A stretch of DNA of 64,000 nt. Source: a virus (lineage: Duplodnaviria; Caudoviricetes). The DNA lies in the IMG/VR virus record IMGVR_UViG_3300028410_000746; one strand, given 5' to 3'. A program made the position numbers and the translations under genes. Shown here piece after piece: positions 8,191-14,742 of this stretch (position 1 is the first letter of the stretch; each line of letters starts with the position of its first letter). The notes beneath the pieces are model-generated. The model was not told the DNA's origin. It did no database searches and was given only the letters and a program-made list of their open reading frames with translations.

Positions 8191-8982
8191 ATGAGCACAC
8201 GTGAAGGTCTCCGAGCCAAGCTCTCCACACTCCCCCTGAAGCTCAAGCCCTACGCAGAGGTTGACCTCGAACGGGACTGCAAGCTCATGACGGGCTCCGG
8301 CTGGATGTTCGAGATGATGTCTCGCATGGAGAACGCGATGTGGGGGAGGTGGGGCTACTGGCTCAACGCATGGGCGACCATGCAGCCTCCGACCGAGGCC
8401 ATCCCTCAGATCGAATTCGAGAACGCGCCCAACCCCTTCGTGCTCAAGATGCTCGACCACACCCTTGAGTGCTGCACCCAGGGACGCATCCACCGCTACC
8501 GCGCCATGGAGTGGCTGGTGGACTGGATCAGGTGGTCACTGGGAGGGCTCAAGGACAAGCCCGAGAACCCGGTCCCGGAGATCCCGAGCGACGTGATCGC
8601 CTATCAGGTGTTCCAGCTCGACCCCATGGTCCTCTACCCCTACGACTACTTCGGGCACTGGTACGCGGAAGCCGGGCACGGGAAGAATGGAGCTGCGTTT
8701 TACCCTACCCCAATGGGCCTCACCAACCTCATGGAGCGTATCCTCTACGGAAATGACCCCCTCCCCACATCCTCCTCCGCATGTGACCCCGCCGTGGGCA
8801 CAGGAAGGACCCTCCTGGCGGCCAGCAACAGCTCCTTACGCCTCTACGGTCAGGACATCGACGCGCGCGTCCTCGCCTGTCTGGAGGTCAATTTCGCGCT
8901 CTACGCCCCGTGGGGCTATCGACCTCTGCCAGACGCCGTGTGGACCGCTCACTCCTCCTCGAAAATGACCTCCTCTCCATAG
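8191..8982 (+). CDS. N6-adenine methyltransferase-like (HsdM-type SAM-binding) protein lacking motif IV
   Basis: AAFYPTP, ACDPAVGTGRTLL, LYGQDID; no NPPF/DPPY; ends TAG. Confidence 0.7.
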   Translation: MSTREGLRAKLSTLPLKLKPYAEVDLERDCKLMTGSGWMFEMMSRMENAMWGRWGYWLNAWATMQPPTEAIPQIEFENAPNPFVLKMLDHTLECCTQGRIHRYRAMEWLVDWIRWSLGGLKDKPENPVPEIPSDVIAYQVFQLDPMVLYPYDYFGHWYAEAGHGKNGAAFYPTPMGLTNLMERILYGNDPLPTSSSACDPAVGTGRTLLAASNSSLRLYGQDIDARVLACLEVNFALYAPWGYRPLPDAVWTAHSSSKMTSSP

Positions 8983-9167
8983 AGCCGCACATTGGACACC
9001 GAGAGGCTCATGGAACCACGTGAGGGGTAGAGCGTTACCGGAGGACCCTCCAACGACGCGATGAGGGGGAGGTTGTCCGGGAACGGTACCTCCGGCGTCT
9101 CCAGCACACCCACCTCACGAGCGGCGAGCAGTCTCAAACCCTCCAACCTCTTCTGATCGTCGCTCAT
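8949..9167 (-). CDS. Hypothetical protein
   Basis: ATG ORF in minus-strand cluster. Confidence 0.55.
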   Translation of the reverse strand: MSDDQKRLEGLRLLAAREVGVLETPEVPFPDNLPLIASLEGPPVTLYPSRGSMSLSVSNVRLYGEEVIFEEE

Positions 9168-9477
9168 ACCACTGCTCCAGGAAAGCGGGGACAGGCTCTT
9201 CGACCATCCCGAGTTCTACCAAGTATAGACGCAGGGCCTCGTGGGCCTCGTGCGTCCAAGGCGTAAACAAGAGGCCCTCGCCGCCGCCCTCTACCCAAGG
9301 CATGTCTACAAACGCATCCACACCGAACACGTCTTCAATGCGATCCAAGAGCTGGTCATCCCGGCACGTCTCGTCACCATCCCACAGCTCAGGAGCTACG
9401 AGCGTGAAGAGCGTCCCCGACGGGCGAAGCTCCAGCACCACGAATCGCCACGTTCCCGGACCGGTTTGATCACACAT
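9115..9477 (-). CDS. Hypothetical protein
   Basis: Start reassigned to ATG 9477 with GGAG RBS 6 nt upstream. Confidence 0.6.
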   Translation of the reverse strand: MCDQTGPGTWRFVVLELRPSGTLFTLVAPELWDGDETCRDDQLLDRIEDVFGVDAFVDMPWVEGGGEGLLFTPWTHEAHEALRLYLVELGMVEEPVPAFLEQWYERRSEEVGGFETARRS

Positions 9478-9487
9478 ACACATCTCC

Positions 9488-9531
9488 AAAAAAGCGGAGG
9501 GGGAGTCGAACCCCCGGCGCCGCACTCCGCT
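9488..9531 (-). ncRNA. tRNA top-half (acceptor plus T-arm) minihelix followed by U7
   Basis: GCGGAG-TGCGGCGCC-GGGGG-TTCGACT-CCCC-CTCCGC-TTTTTTT. Confidence 0.45.
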
Positions 9532-9567
9532 AAGACACTACTCAAAGAGGGATGGACGCTGCCAGGA

Positions 9568-9747
9568 TCAAGCACCTTTATGTGCGTCTCCATACACTTC
9601 CTGGTAAAGCCCCAGGAGCTGCCGCGCCCCGTGGAGGACCACCGGATAGAAGAGCACGGCGAGGCTGATCACGACACCCGCACGCATGAACTGGAAAAGC
9701 TCCACATCCCTTACGGTGCCCGCCCACGTATACAGCCCGTGTGTCAT
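9568..9747 (-). CDS. Small membrane protein (59 aa)
   Basis: Not in ORF track; MTHGLYTWAG...VVISLAVLFYPVVLHG; ATGA overlap with 9744 stop. Confidence 0.6.
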   Translation of the reverse strand: MTHGLYTWAGTVRDVELFQFMRAGVVISLAVLFYPVVLHGARQLLGLYQEVYGDAHKGA

Positions 9748-10190
9748 CCAGTCGGCTCCGAGCTGTCGTGCAGGTTCTCGAAGATGAAGCCCGCCTCAAG
9801 GAAACGCGCCTTGACCTCCGACCACCCCGAGCCCGTCACCTCAAAGAGACTCTCCTGGCATTGCCCCTGGAGACCCAAACGCGCGTAACGCGCACCCAGC
9901 TCCTCTCGAATCTCCGCGTTCGTATCCCAATCAGGGTAGGGACCATCCGCACGATCTCGAAGAGCCTGTGAACAGATGTACACCAGAACCAAACCCTCCT
10001 CATCCTCATACCCGTCGTCAGAGAACGTGAAGTACCACGTCCCCTCAACAGTAGTCGGCAAGACCAGAAGGCTTTGAGCCTCTCTCAGAACCGCTTTGGC
10101 CTGCTTCAAGGTGAGTCCCGCCTTCTCCGGGTCCAGCTCGTGCGCTACGAGGAGCGTCAAGTCTCTCAGGACCTCTTCTCGCGTCTTCAT
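9744..10190 (-). CDS. Hypothetical protein
   Basis: Coupled ORF, typical codon usage. Confidence 0.75.
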   Translation of the reverse strand: MKTREEVLRDLTLLVAHELDPEKAGLTLKQAKAVLREAQSLLVLPTTVEGTWYFTFSDDGYEDEEGLVLVYICSQALRDRADGPYPDWDTNAEIREELGARYARLGLQGQCQESLFEVTGSGWSEVKARFLEAGFIFENLHDSSEPTG

Positions 10191-10375
10191 CAGGAGGTAT
10201 CTCGCTGCCGCACGTGAATGCTACATGCCACCAAGAAGATCGTGGCGTGAATCCAGCACCTCATGTTGAAGTCTTCGAGGGACTCCGCTTCCAGAGCCGC
10301 GAGCTGTTTCGCGAAGCTCTTTGACTTGAGTAGCACTGCACGGGAGACCCGCCGCTTTCCAATCACATAACTCAT
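10190..10375 (-). CDS. Hypothetical protein
   Basis: Stop/start overlap with 10190. Confidence 0.55.
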   Translation of the reverse strand: MSYVIGKRRVSRAVLLKSKSFAKQLAALEAESLEDFNMRCWIHATIFLVACSIHVRQRDTS

Positions 10376-10396
10376 ACTCTACTCCCTCTTCTCGGC

Positions 10397-10696
10397 TCAC
10401 GAGAGCCAGTTATTAACGTCCGCCTCGAACTCCGGGTACTCCTTGAGCACCGCGTCAAGGGTGCGACCCGTCCCGGTGACCTCCACCAGGACGTCAGCCC
10501 CATGTTCGGTGAAGAGCACCTCCAGGATATCCCGACCCGTTGCCAGGGCGGTCTGGACAGGCTCCGCGTACACCTCGCGCATGGCTCCGAGGACCCACTC
10601 GCGGCACGAGTGTCGAAGCTCCTCTTCGCGTTCCGCACAGTCCTCAGAACTCGCGATCGCGTGGCGCTCATCGTACTCGCTGTAACCGTATCCCAT
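10397..10696 (-). CDS. Hypothetical protein
   Basis: Start reassigned to ATG 10696 (GGAG RBS), behind a TGTGG-TATATA promoter element at about 10735-10760. Confidence 0.7.
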   Translation of the reverse strand: MGYGYSEYDERHAIASSEDCAEREEELRHSCREWVLGAMREVYAEPVQTALATGRDILEVLFTEHGADVLVEVTGTGRTLDAVLKEYPEFEADVNNWLS

Positions 10697-10789
10697 GACC
10701 AGCTCCGTGTGTGTCTGTGTTGTCTTACACACCCTATATACCACAAGGGGGGGCCGTAAAAACTCATTCAGATTTTCGAGAGCAGTCCA

Positions 10790-10863
10790 TGCGCCGAGTG
10801 GGGCTCGAACCCACAACACGGGGATTTAGAATCCCCTGCTCTAACCCGTTGAGCTATCGGCGC
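10790..10863 (-). tRNA. Amber suppressor-type tRNA (anticodon CTA) on a tRNA-Phe-like scaffold
   Basis: GCGCCGA/TCGGCGC, GCTC/GAGC D-stem, GGGGA-TTCTAAA-TCCCC, GTGGG-TTCGAGC-CCCAC, A73; all stems perfect. Confidence 0.92.
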
Positions 10864-10869
10864 TAAAAC

Positions 10870-10980
10870 CTCGCAGAAGACTCCGGTTGTACGGCCGGAG
10901 TCCTCCTGTAGCCCTTATTAGGAGCGTCGTGTCAGGCAGCGGTATCACCCGCGTTCCGTCACCGAGGTGCTTGCCTTGAG
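10870..10980 (-). ncRNA. Structured RNA repeat, downstream copy
   Basis: About 80 percent identical to 11006-11115 over an ~86-nt core; period 135; several hairpins; no ORF. Confidence 0.6.
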
Positions 10981-11005
10981 TCAGTGTTTCCAGAAGCTGT
11001 GTGCT

Positions 11006-11115
11006 CCGCAGAACTGTCCGGTTATACGGCCGGAGTTCTTTGTAACCCTTACTAGGGGCGTCGTGCTAGACAGCGGTTTCATCCGCGTTCCGGCACCGGA
11101 GCTGCTCTGTCCTCA
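11006..11115 (-). ncRNA. Structured RNA repeat, upstream copy
   Basis: Starts just after promoter 11134-11162; compensatory changes relative to the other copy. Confidence 0.6.
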
Positions 11116-11133
11116 CTGACTGAAGACACCCCC

Positions 11134-11162
11134 TATATACCACAAGAAAGAGACCCTGTAAA
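11134..11162 (-). promoter_or_regulatory. Sigma70-type promoter for the ncRNA-ncRNA-tRNA(CUA) unit
   Basis: TTTACA-N17(TGTGG)-TATATA. Confidence 0.75.
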
Positions 11163-11170
11163 ACTACTTC

Positions 11171-11422
11171 TCACTCTTCTTCCGAGGAGTCGTGTTCGGG
11201 ACGGGCGGCGGAAAACGCGTTCAGGAAACGCTCCCGTCGCGCCGCACCCTCGGAGGGCTTCCCGAGCTGAGCTTGGAGGTACGGGATAATAGCCGAAGAG
11301 GCGGCGGGACGGCCTGACCCCCTTGAGAGTGCCTCCAGGATTTGATTGCTGCGCGAGGTACGCCCCACGGAGCCGTTATCTTCATTCGACACGGGGACCT
11401 CCACGTTCATCCAAGGCATCAC
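11171..11422 (-). CDS. Hypothetical protein
   Basis: ATG ORF. Confidence 0.45.
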   Translation of the reverse strand: MMPWMNVEVPVSNEDNGSVGRTSRSNQILEALSRGSGRPAASSAIIPYLQAQLGKPSEGAARRERFLNAFSAARPEHDSSEEE

Positions 11423-11930
11423 GGCCCTTCTGAGTAAGGGTCATCGTCGGGCCGCTCAACTTCACCTGCTCCCAGGTCGCCAACTCGCCTATGGCATAGC
11501 TCAAGGGCTTGAGATCCGGGGCGGCCACGCGAGCCTGAGCCGAATCCATCACAAGCACGTGCCAACGCTCCCCCGTCTTGTCTACGAGACGACACAAGCT
11601 CTTCGCATCCAGGGCTCCGTGTATCCACAGGAGCGACAAGATCGTGAGATGCACATCTTCCAGGGGATAGGTCACCACACTCAGATCACCCTCTCCCGCA
11701 GGGTCACTTGGATCACGAGGGGGAGGCGGCTCAAACTCCGTGAGAGCGCCCTCCTGGGATGTAAGACCCCATTTACGACGCAACGACACCCGCGTGTCCC
11801 GTATCAGGCGGCCTATTCGCACCGTCTTGACGTACTTCCAGCAGGTGATGCTCCAGATGAGCACAAGCAACACGAACACGCTCACGAGAGCATACGATAC
11901 CCACAGAGCGGACGATTCCCACCCCATCAC
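11382..11930 (-). CDS. Hypothetical membrane-anchored protein with wHTH-like C-terminus
   Basis: N-terminal TM segment; ends TLTQKGRDAL. Confidence 0.65.
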   Translation of the reverse strand: MMGWESSALWVSYALVSVFVLLVLIWSITCWKYVKTVRIGRLIRDTRVSLRRKWGLTSQEGALTEFEPPPPRDPSDPAGEGDLSVVTYPLEDVHLTILSLLWIHGALDAKSLCRLVDKTGERWHVLVMDSAQARVAAPDLKPLSYAIGELATWEQVKLSGPTMTLTQKGRDALDERGGPRVE

Positions 11931-11995
11931 AAACCTCCAGTCACGTCAAAGGAGCGTGCCCGTTGTACGAACTGCGCGGCATCAAAGTGCATCCA

Positions 11996-12024
11996 CGGAA
12001 CATCCCCGCGTGTGCGGGGAAGGG
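11996..12024 (-). CRISPR. Solitary CRISPR repeat (26/29 identical to the array consensus)
   Basis: CGGAACATCCCCGCGTGTGCGGGGAAGGG; intact hairpin; no second repeat 61 nt away. Confidence 0.85.
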
Positions 12025-12164
12025 TCTGTGCCAAGAAGTCACATGAGCGGAATCACGTAAGTACTCAGTTTTCAAAGACTTCTCAGGTTCAGCGCCGTTC
12101 GGTGTCACCCTTGGGCGACCCTCTTGACGTCCGTATGGTAACCCTGAGGAGGGAAACCTGTCAA
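12025..12164 (-). promoter_or_regulatory. Second copy of the CRISPR leader
   Basis: Ungapped 140-bp paralogue of 7984-8123; TTGACA-N18-TACCAT retained. Confidence 0.85.
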
Positions 12165-12249
12165 CATGAGCAAGCTTCGCTTCCGCCAATTGCTTCAAAT
12201 GCGCATCCCTCAACCCGAACCTCCTGTCACAGTGTGAGTCCGAAGAGAG

Positions 12250-12278
12250 AGGATACCTCGAAGTCACACACCTGTCAA
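12250..12278 (-). promoter_or_regulatory. Sigma70-type promoter
   Basis: TTGACA-N17-TATCCT immediately after tRNA-Asn. Confidence 0.6.
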
Positions 12279-12279
12279 G

Positions 12280-12350
12280 CTCTGGGACCGGGACTTGAAC
12301 CCGGAAAGATTGGTTAACAGCCAATTATGATACCATTTCATCATCCCAGA
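12280..12350 (-). tRNA. tRNA-Asn(GTT)
   Basis: TCTGGGA/TCCCAGA, ATTGG-CTGTTAA-CCAAT, G73. Confidence 0.9.
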
Positions 12351-12377
12351 AGACGATCACGTTACCGCGACCGACAG

Positions 12378-12462
12378 GGTGTCGGGAAGGAGTCGAACCT
12401 TCATACCTCCGAAGAGGAACTGGGCCACACGGAGGCGAGCCTGCCAATGCTCAACCGGACGC
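12378..12462 (-). ncRNA. tRNA-like gene D (loop GT-GTG-GC, C73); cis stems broken
   Basis: D-arm, UUCG variable arm and T-arm intact; own acceptor 3/7, own anticodon stem 2/5; cross-pairs with 12468-12551. Confidence 0.75.
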
Positions 12463-12467
12463 CCAAA

Positions 12468-12551
12468 TGCGCCGGGTAGGAGTCGAACCTACAGGTCTCC
12501 GAAGAGAACCCTCGCTACAACCAGCCGAGCTTACCAATGCTCAACCGACAC
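12468..12551 (-). ncRNA. tRNA-like gene U (loop TT-GTA-GC, A73); cis anticodon stem broken
   Basis: D-, variable and T-arms intact; own acceptor needs two G-U pairs; own anticodon stem 2/5; 5' half complements the 3' half of 12378-12462. Confidence 0.75.
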
Positions 12552-12555
12552 GCAA

Positions 12556-12636
12556 TGCGTTGGGCAGGACTCGAACCTGCACGCCCGAAGGACCGGGGCT
12601 ACAACCCGGCGAGCCAGCCAATTGCTCAACCAACGC
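12556..12636 (-). tRNA. tRNA-Tyr(GTA)
   Basis: GCGTTGG/CCAACGC, CCGGG-TTGTAGC-CCCGG, long variable arm, A73; G37. Confidence 0.85.
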
Positions 12637-12665
12637 AGATCACGAGCCTCACACGCTCGCGACAA

Positions 12666-12745
12666 TGACCTCTCACGGAATCGAACCGTGACCCGCAGGG
12701 GGAGACACCCCCACGTAGGTGAGGAAAAGTCTGCGACAAGAAGTC
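12666..12745 (-). ncRNA. tRNA-like RNA with acceptor stem and T-arm but no canonical D or anticodon arm
   Basis: AATGACTTCT/AGAGGTCATT 10-bp closing stem; CACGG-TTCGATT-CCGTG; GGGGG-TGTCT-CCCCC. Confidence 0.55.
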
Positions 12746-12792
12746 ATTGCACGTGTGTAATCGAGAGACGTAGTGCTCTCATTCCCAAAAGA

Positions 12793-13362
12793 TTACTCCT
12801 CTCCGTCGTCCATATACACATCATCAGGCCCGCGAGCATTCAACAGGAGCAACTGAGCACCCAGGACGTCCAGCGCGCCGTAGAGCGACGACGCGGCGCC
12901 GTGAGCGTCCTCCAGACATGCTTGGTAGCACGGCTCACCATCTCGCATCTCGACAGACAACAAAACGTCCTCTCTCGCCGTACGTAGTACCGAAGGGGGG
13001 AGCACCGTCGAGGAGGGGCCCTTGAAGCCCATGAGCAGGACCCCAGCGCTCTTTGCGTGGCGCTTGAAGCCGTTGTAGCGCTGAATCAGTTCCCGATGCG
13101 AGGATTCGCGTTCAGGGTACTCGACCGCGTGGGTACGAGTAGGGCCGACGTAGCTGAAGCGAGGGCCTTCATAGCCGTACTCCGGCTTGTCCACGTGCTC
13201 CAGGAACATCTCAACAGGACGTGCCCACAACTCCCCAGAACGATCAGGCCGATGGTACACGGCTACAGGAGAGTCGCCTTCCGAATGCCTAGCGACCCCT
13301 ACCAGAAAGTAGAGGTCACCCTTGAAGTGGCGGTAGTAACCGGGCACCGGTTCAGTAGTCAT
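12793..13362 (-). CDS. DUF1653 domain protein
   Basis: GYYRHFKGDLY...ARHSE...VY...LWARPVEMFLE. Confidence 0.85.
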   Translation of the reverse strand: MTTEPVPGYYRHFKGDLYFLVGVARHSEGDSPVAVYHRPDRSGELWARPVEMFLEHVDKPEYGYEGPRFSYVGPTRTHAVEYPERESSHRELIQRYNGFKRHAKSAGVLLMGFKGPSSTVLPPSVLRTAREDVLLSVEMRDGEPCYQACLEDAHGAASSLYGALDVLGAQLLLLNARGPDDVYMDDGEE

Positions 13363-13943
13363 CTAGATGCCTTGGTCAGGTACGCCATGATATCAGTCAG
13401 CGTGCCGAAGTTGTCCAACGTGTCCGACTCCAGGATCTCCCCCTCTTGGGTGACCTTCATCTCCACGCACCCCCAAGGGTTCTTTGCCGTGGGTGGGTAC
13501 GACCTCAACACGATGGCGAGGTTGCCCCGCACCAGAAGCTCCTCACGAGGCTTACCGGGAGCGTTAAGGTCTCGCCACATCTTCAAAGGCTCCGAGACTC
13601 CCCACTCTGCGAAGTCCACCGACTTGGCCTTCGAGGTGACGTACCGATCACTGTCGTTCTCGTGACCCCAGGGTCCCAGATTCGGCATCGCCATGATCTG
13701 GAACATAGAAGCGAGTGCTGCCACGACCTCATCCAGGGAGACCATGAACAGGCCTTCGCTCTCCGCGTACTCAGCATCCTCGCTCAATGCGAAGACGTTG
13801 TAGTCCCCGTAAGGGACGCAGGGTGAGACCAGAACAGGACACTCCATGTCCCGAAGGACGGCCTGAAGGTTCTCGGAGGGGATGTCCTCCGAAATGGCGA
13901 CGTGGCCGAGGAGCTTCGCGTTGGGGGCCCAGTTGTTCATCAT
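13359..13943 (-). CDS. Hypothetical protein
   Basis: ATGA-coupled ORF behind a promoter. Confidence 0.8.
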   Translation of the reverse strand: MMNNWAPNAKLLGHVAISEDIPSENLQAVLRDMECPVLVSPCVPYGDYNVFALSEDAEYAESEGLFMVSLDEVVAALASMFQIMAMPNLGPWGHENDSDRYVTSKAKSVDFAEWGVSEPLKMWRDLNAPGKPREELLVRGNLAIVLRSYPPTAKNPWGCVEMKVTQEGEILESDTLDNFGTLTDIMAYLTKASR

Positions 13944-13989
13944 GATCGCGCTCCGTCAGAAGGGGTGTGTCGTTTCGTCTCTCACCTCT

Positions 13990-14018
13990 CATATACCACA
14001 ACAGGTATGGGGCGTAAA
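13990..14018 (-). promoter_or_regulatory. Sigma70-type promoter
   Basis: TTTACG-N17(TGTGG)-TATATG. Confidence 0.7.
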
Positions 14019-14025
14019 AAAAGAC

Positions 14026-14457
14026 TTACCAGCGCACGTCCTGGATGATGTACGTGATCCACACCTGACGCTCTCCGTTACGAGCATCAAGACCCACAAC
14101 GGTATGACACCACGGGTTCTCCTTCGGATCTGCCGAGATACCCTCCCAGGTGACCACGGGGTTGGCGAAGCTGCCCCCAAACCCAGGCGCTGCTATGATT
14201 TGGTTGAGCATTGTACGGACCTCAACCGGATCGTGAGCGGCAACCACACCCTCCCACACGTCCCCAGACAACTGACACTCTGCGAATCGACGCAGGGGGT
14301 CACTGTGCGGAGTGTACTCGGCCTCCCAAACCTCCGCCGTAATGGCCTCGAAAGCGTCATGCGAGAAGATGTAGAGGTGGAAGATCTCCACACCATCCTC
14401 ATGATACAGGTACTCGACCGGCTCAACTGAATTCGTTGGTGCAGAACTCATATCCAT
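14026..14457 (-). CDS. Hypothetical protein
   Basis: ORF in minus-strand run. Confidence 0.65.
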   Translation of the reverse strand: MDMSSAPTNSVEPVEYLYHEDGVEIFHLYIFSHDAFEAITAEVWEAEYTPHSDPLRRFAECQLSGDVWEGVVAAHDPVEVRTMLNQIIAAPGFGGSFANPVVTWEGISADPKENPWCHTVVGLDARNGERQVWITYIIQDVRW

Positions 14458-14731
14458 CCTCAGTGAGGTATCCGTACGTGCGCAGAACGGCTAGGTGAGG
14501 TCGAAGCTCTTGCTTCATCTCCACCAGGGCCCAGAAGCGTTCCAGGGACACCTCGCGTCCGTACTCGTCGACTACCCTCTCATGTCGATTGAGGAGGGCG
14601 CGAACGCTGTCCACGGTCTCAAGCCCAGTGTGGCTCCGGAACAGAAATCTCCAGCCAATCGACGACTTGCCGACGTGGAGACCCTCTTCCGGGTCCTCCG
14701 CGTCCGTGGGTAGGTAGTAATTGGTGCTCAT
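14423..14731 (-). CDS. Conserved-type phage hypothetical protein
   Basis: MSTNYY...LHVGKSSIGWRFLF...VVDEYGREVS. Confidence 0.75.
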   Translation of the reverse strand: MSTNYYLPTDAEDPEEGLHVGKSSIGWRFLFRSHTGLETVDSVRALLNRHERVVDEYGREVSLERFWALVEMKQELRPHLAVLRTYGYLTEDGYEFCTNEFS

Positions 14732-14742
14732 GAGACAGCCTC

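Noticed and set aside
7123-8204. Long ORFs across the CRISPR array (7123-8034, 7460-8086, 7788-8204)
   Set aside because: Products are translations of the repeat (PLPAHAGMSP, GHPRVCGE) and are artefacts of a GC-rich stop-poor array
10870-11125. Hammerhead, HDV/theta or twister ribozyme, or a CRISPR array, as the identity of the tandem RNA
   Set aside because: No CUGANGA/GAAA core, L3 or J4/2 pattern by eye; it lies 5' rather than 3' of the tRNA; units are too long and fully homologous, with no spacer
11941-12324. 127-aa ORF over the leader copy, solitary repeat and tRNA-Asn edge
   Set aside because: It runs through recognisable non-coding elements and mirrors the array-spanning artefact ORF
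12378-12551. Group I intron in the tRNA anticodon loop
   Set aside because: The insert is only 90 nt and is itself made of tRNA arms; no P/Q/R/S core
9488-12745. tmRNA as the explanation for the armless tRNA-like elements
   Set aside because: No G3-U70 alanine identity, no GGGG 5' end, too short, and no tag ORF or pseudoknots
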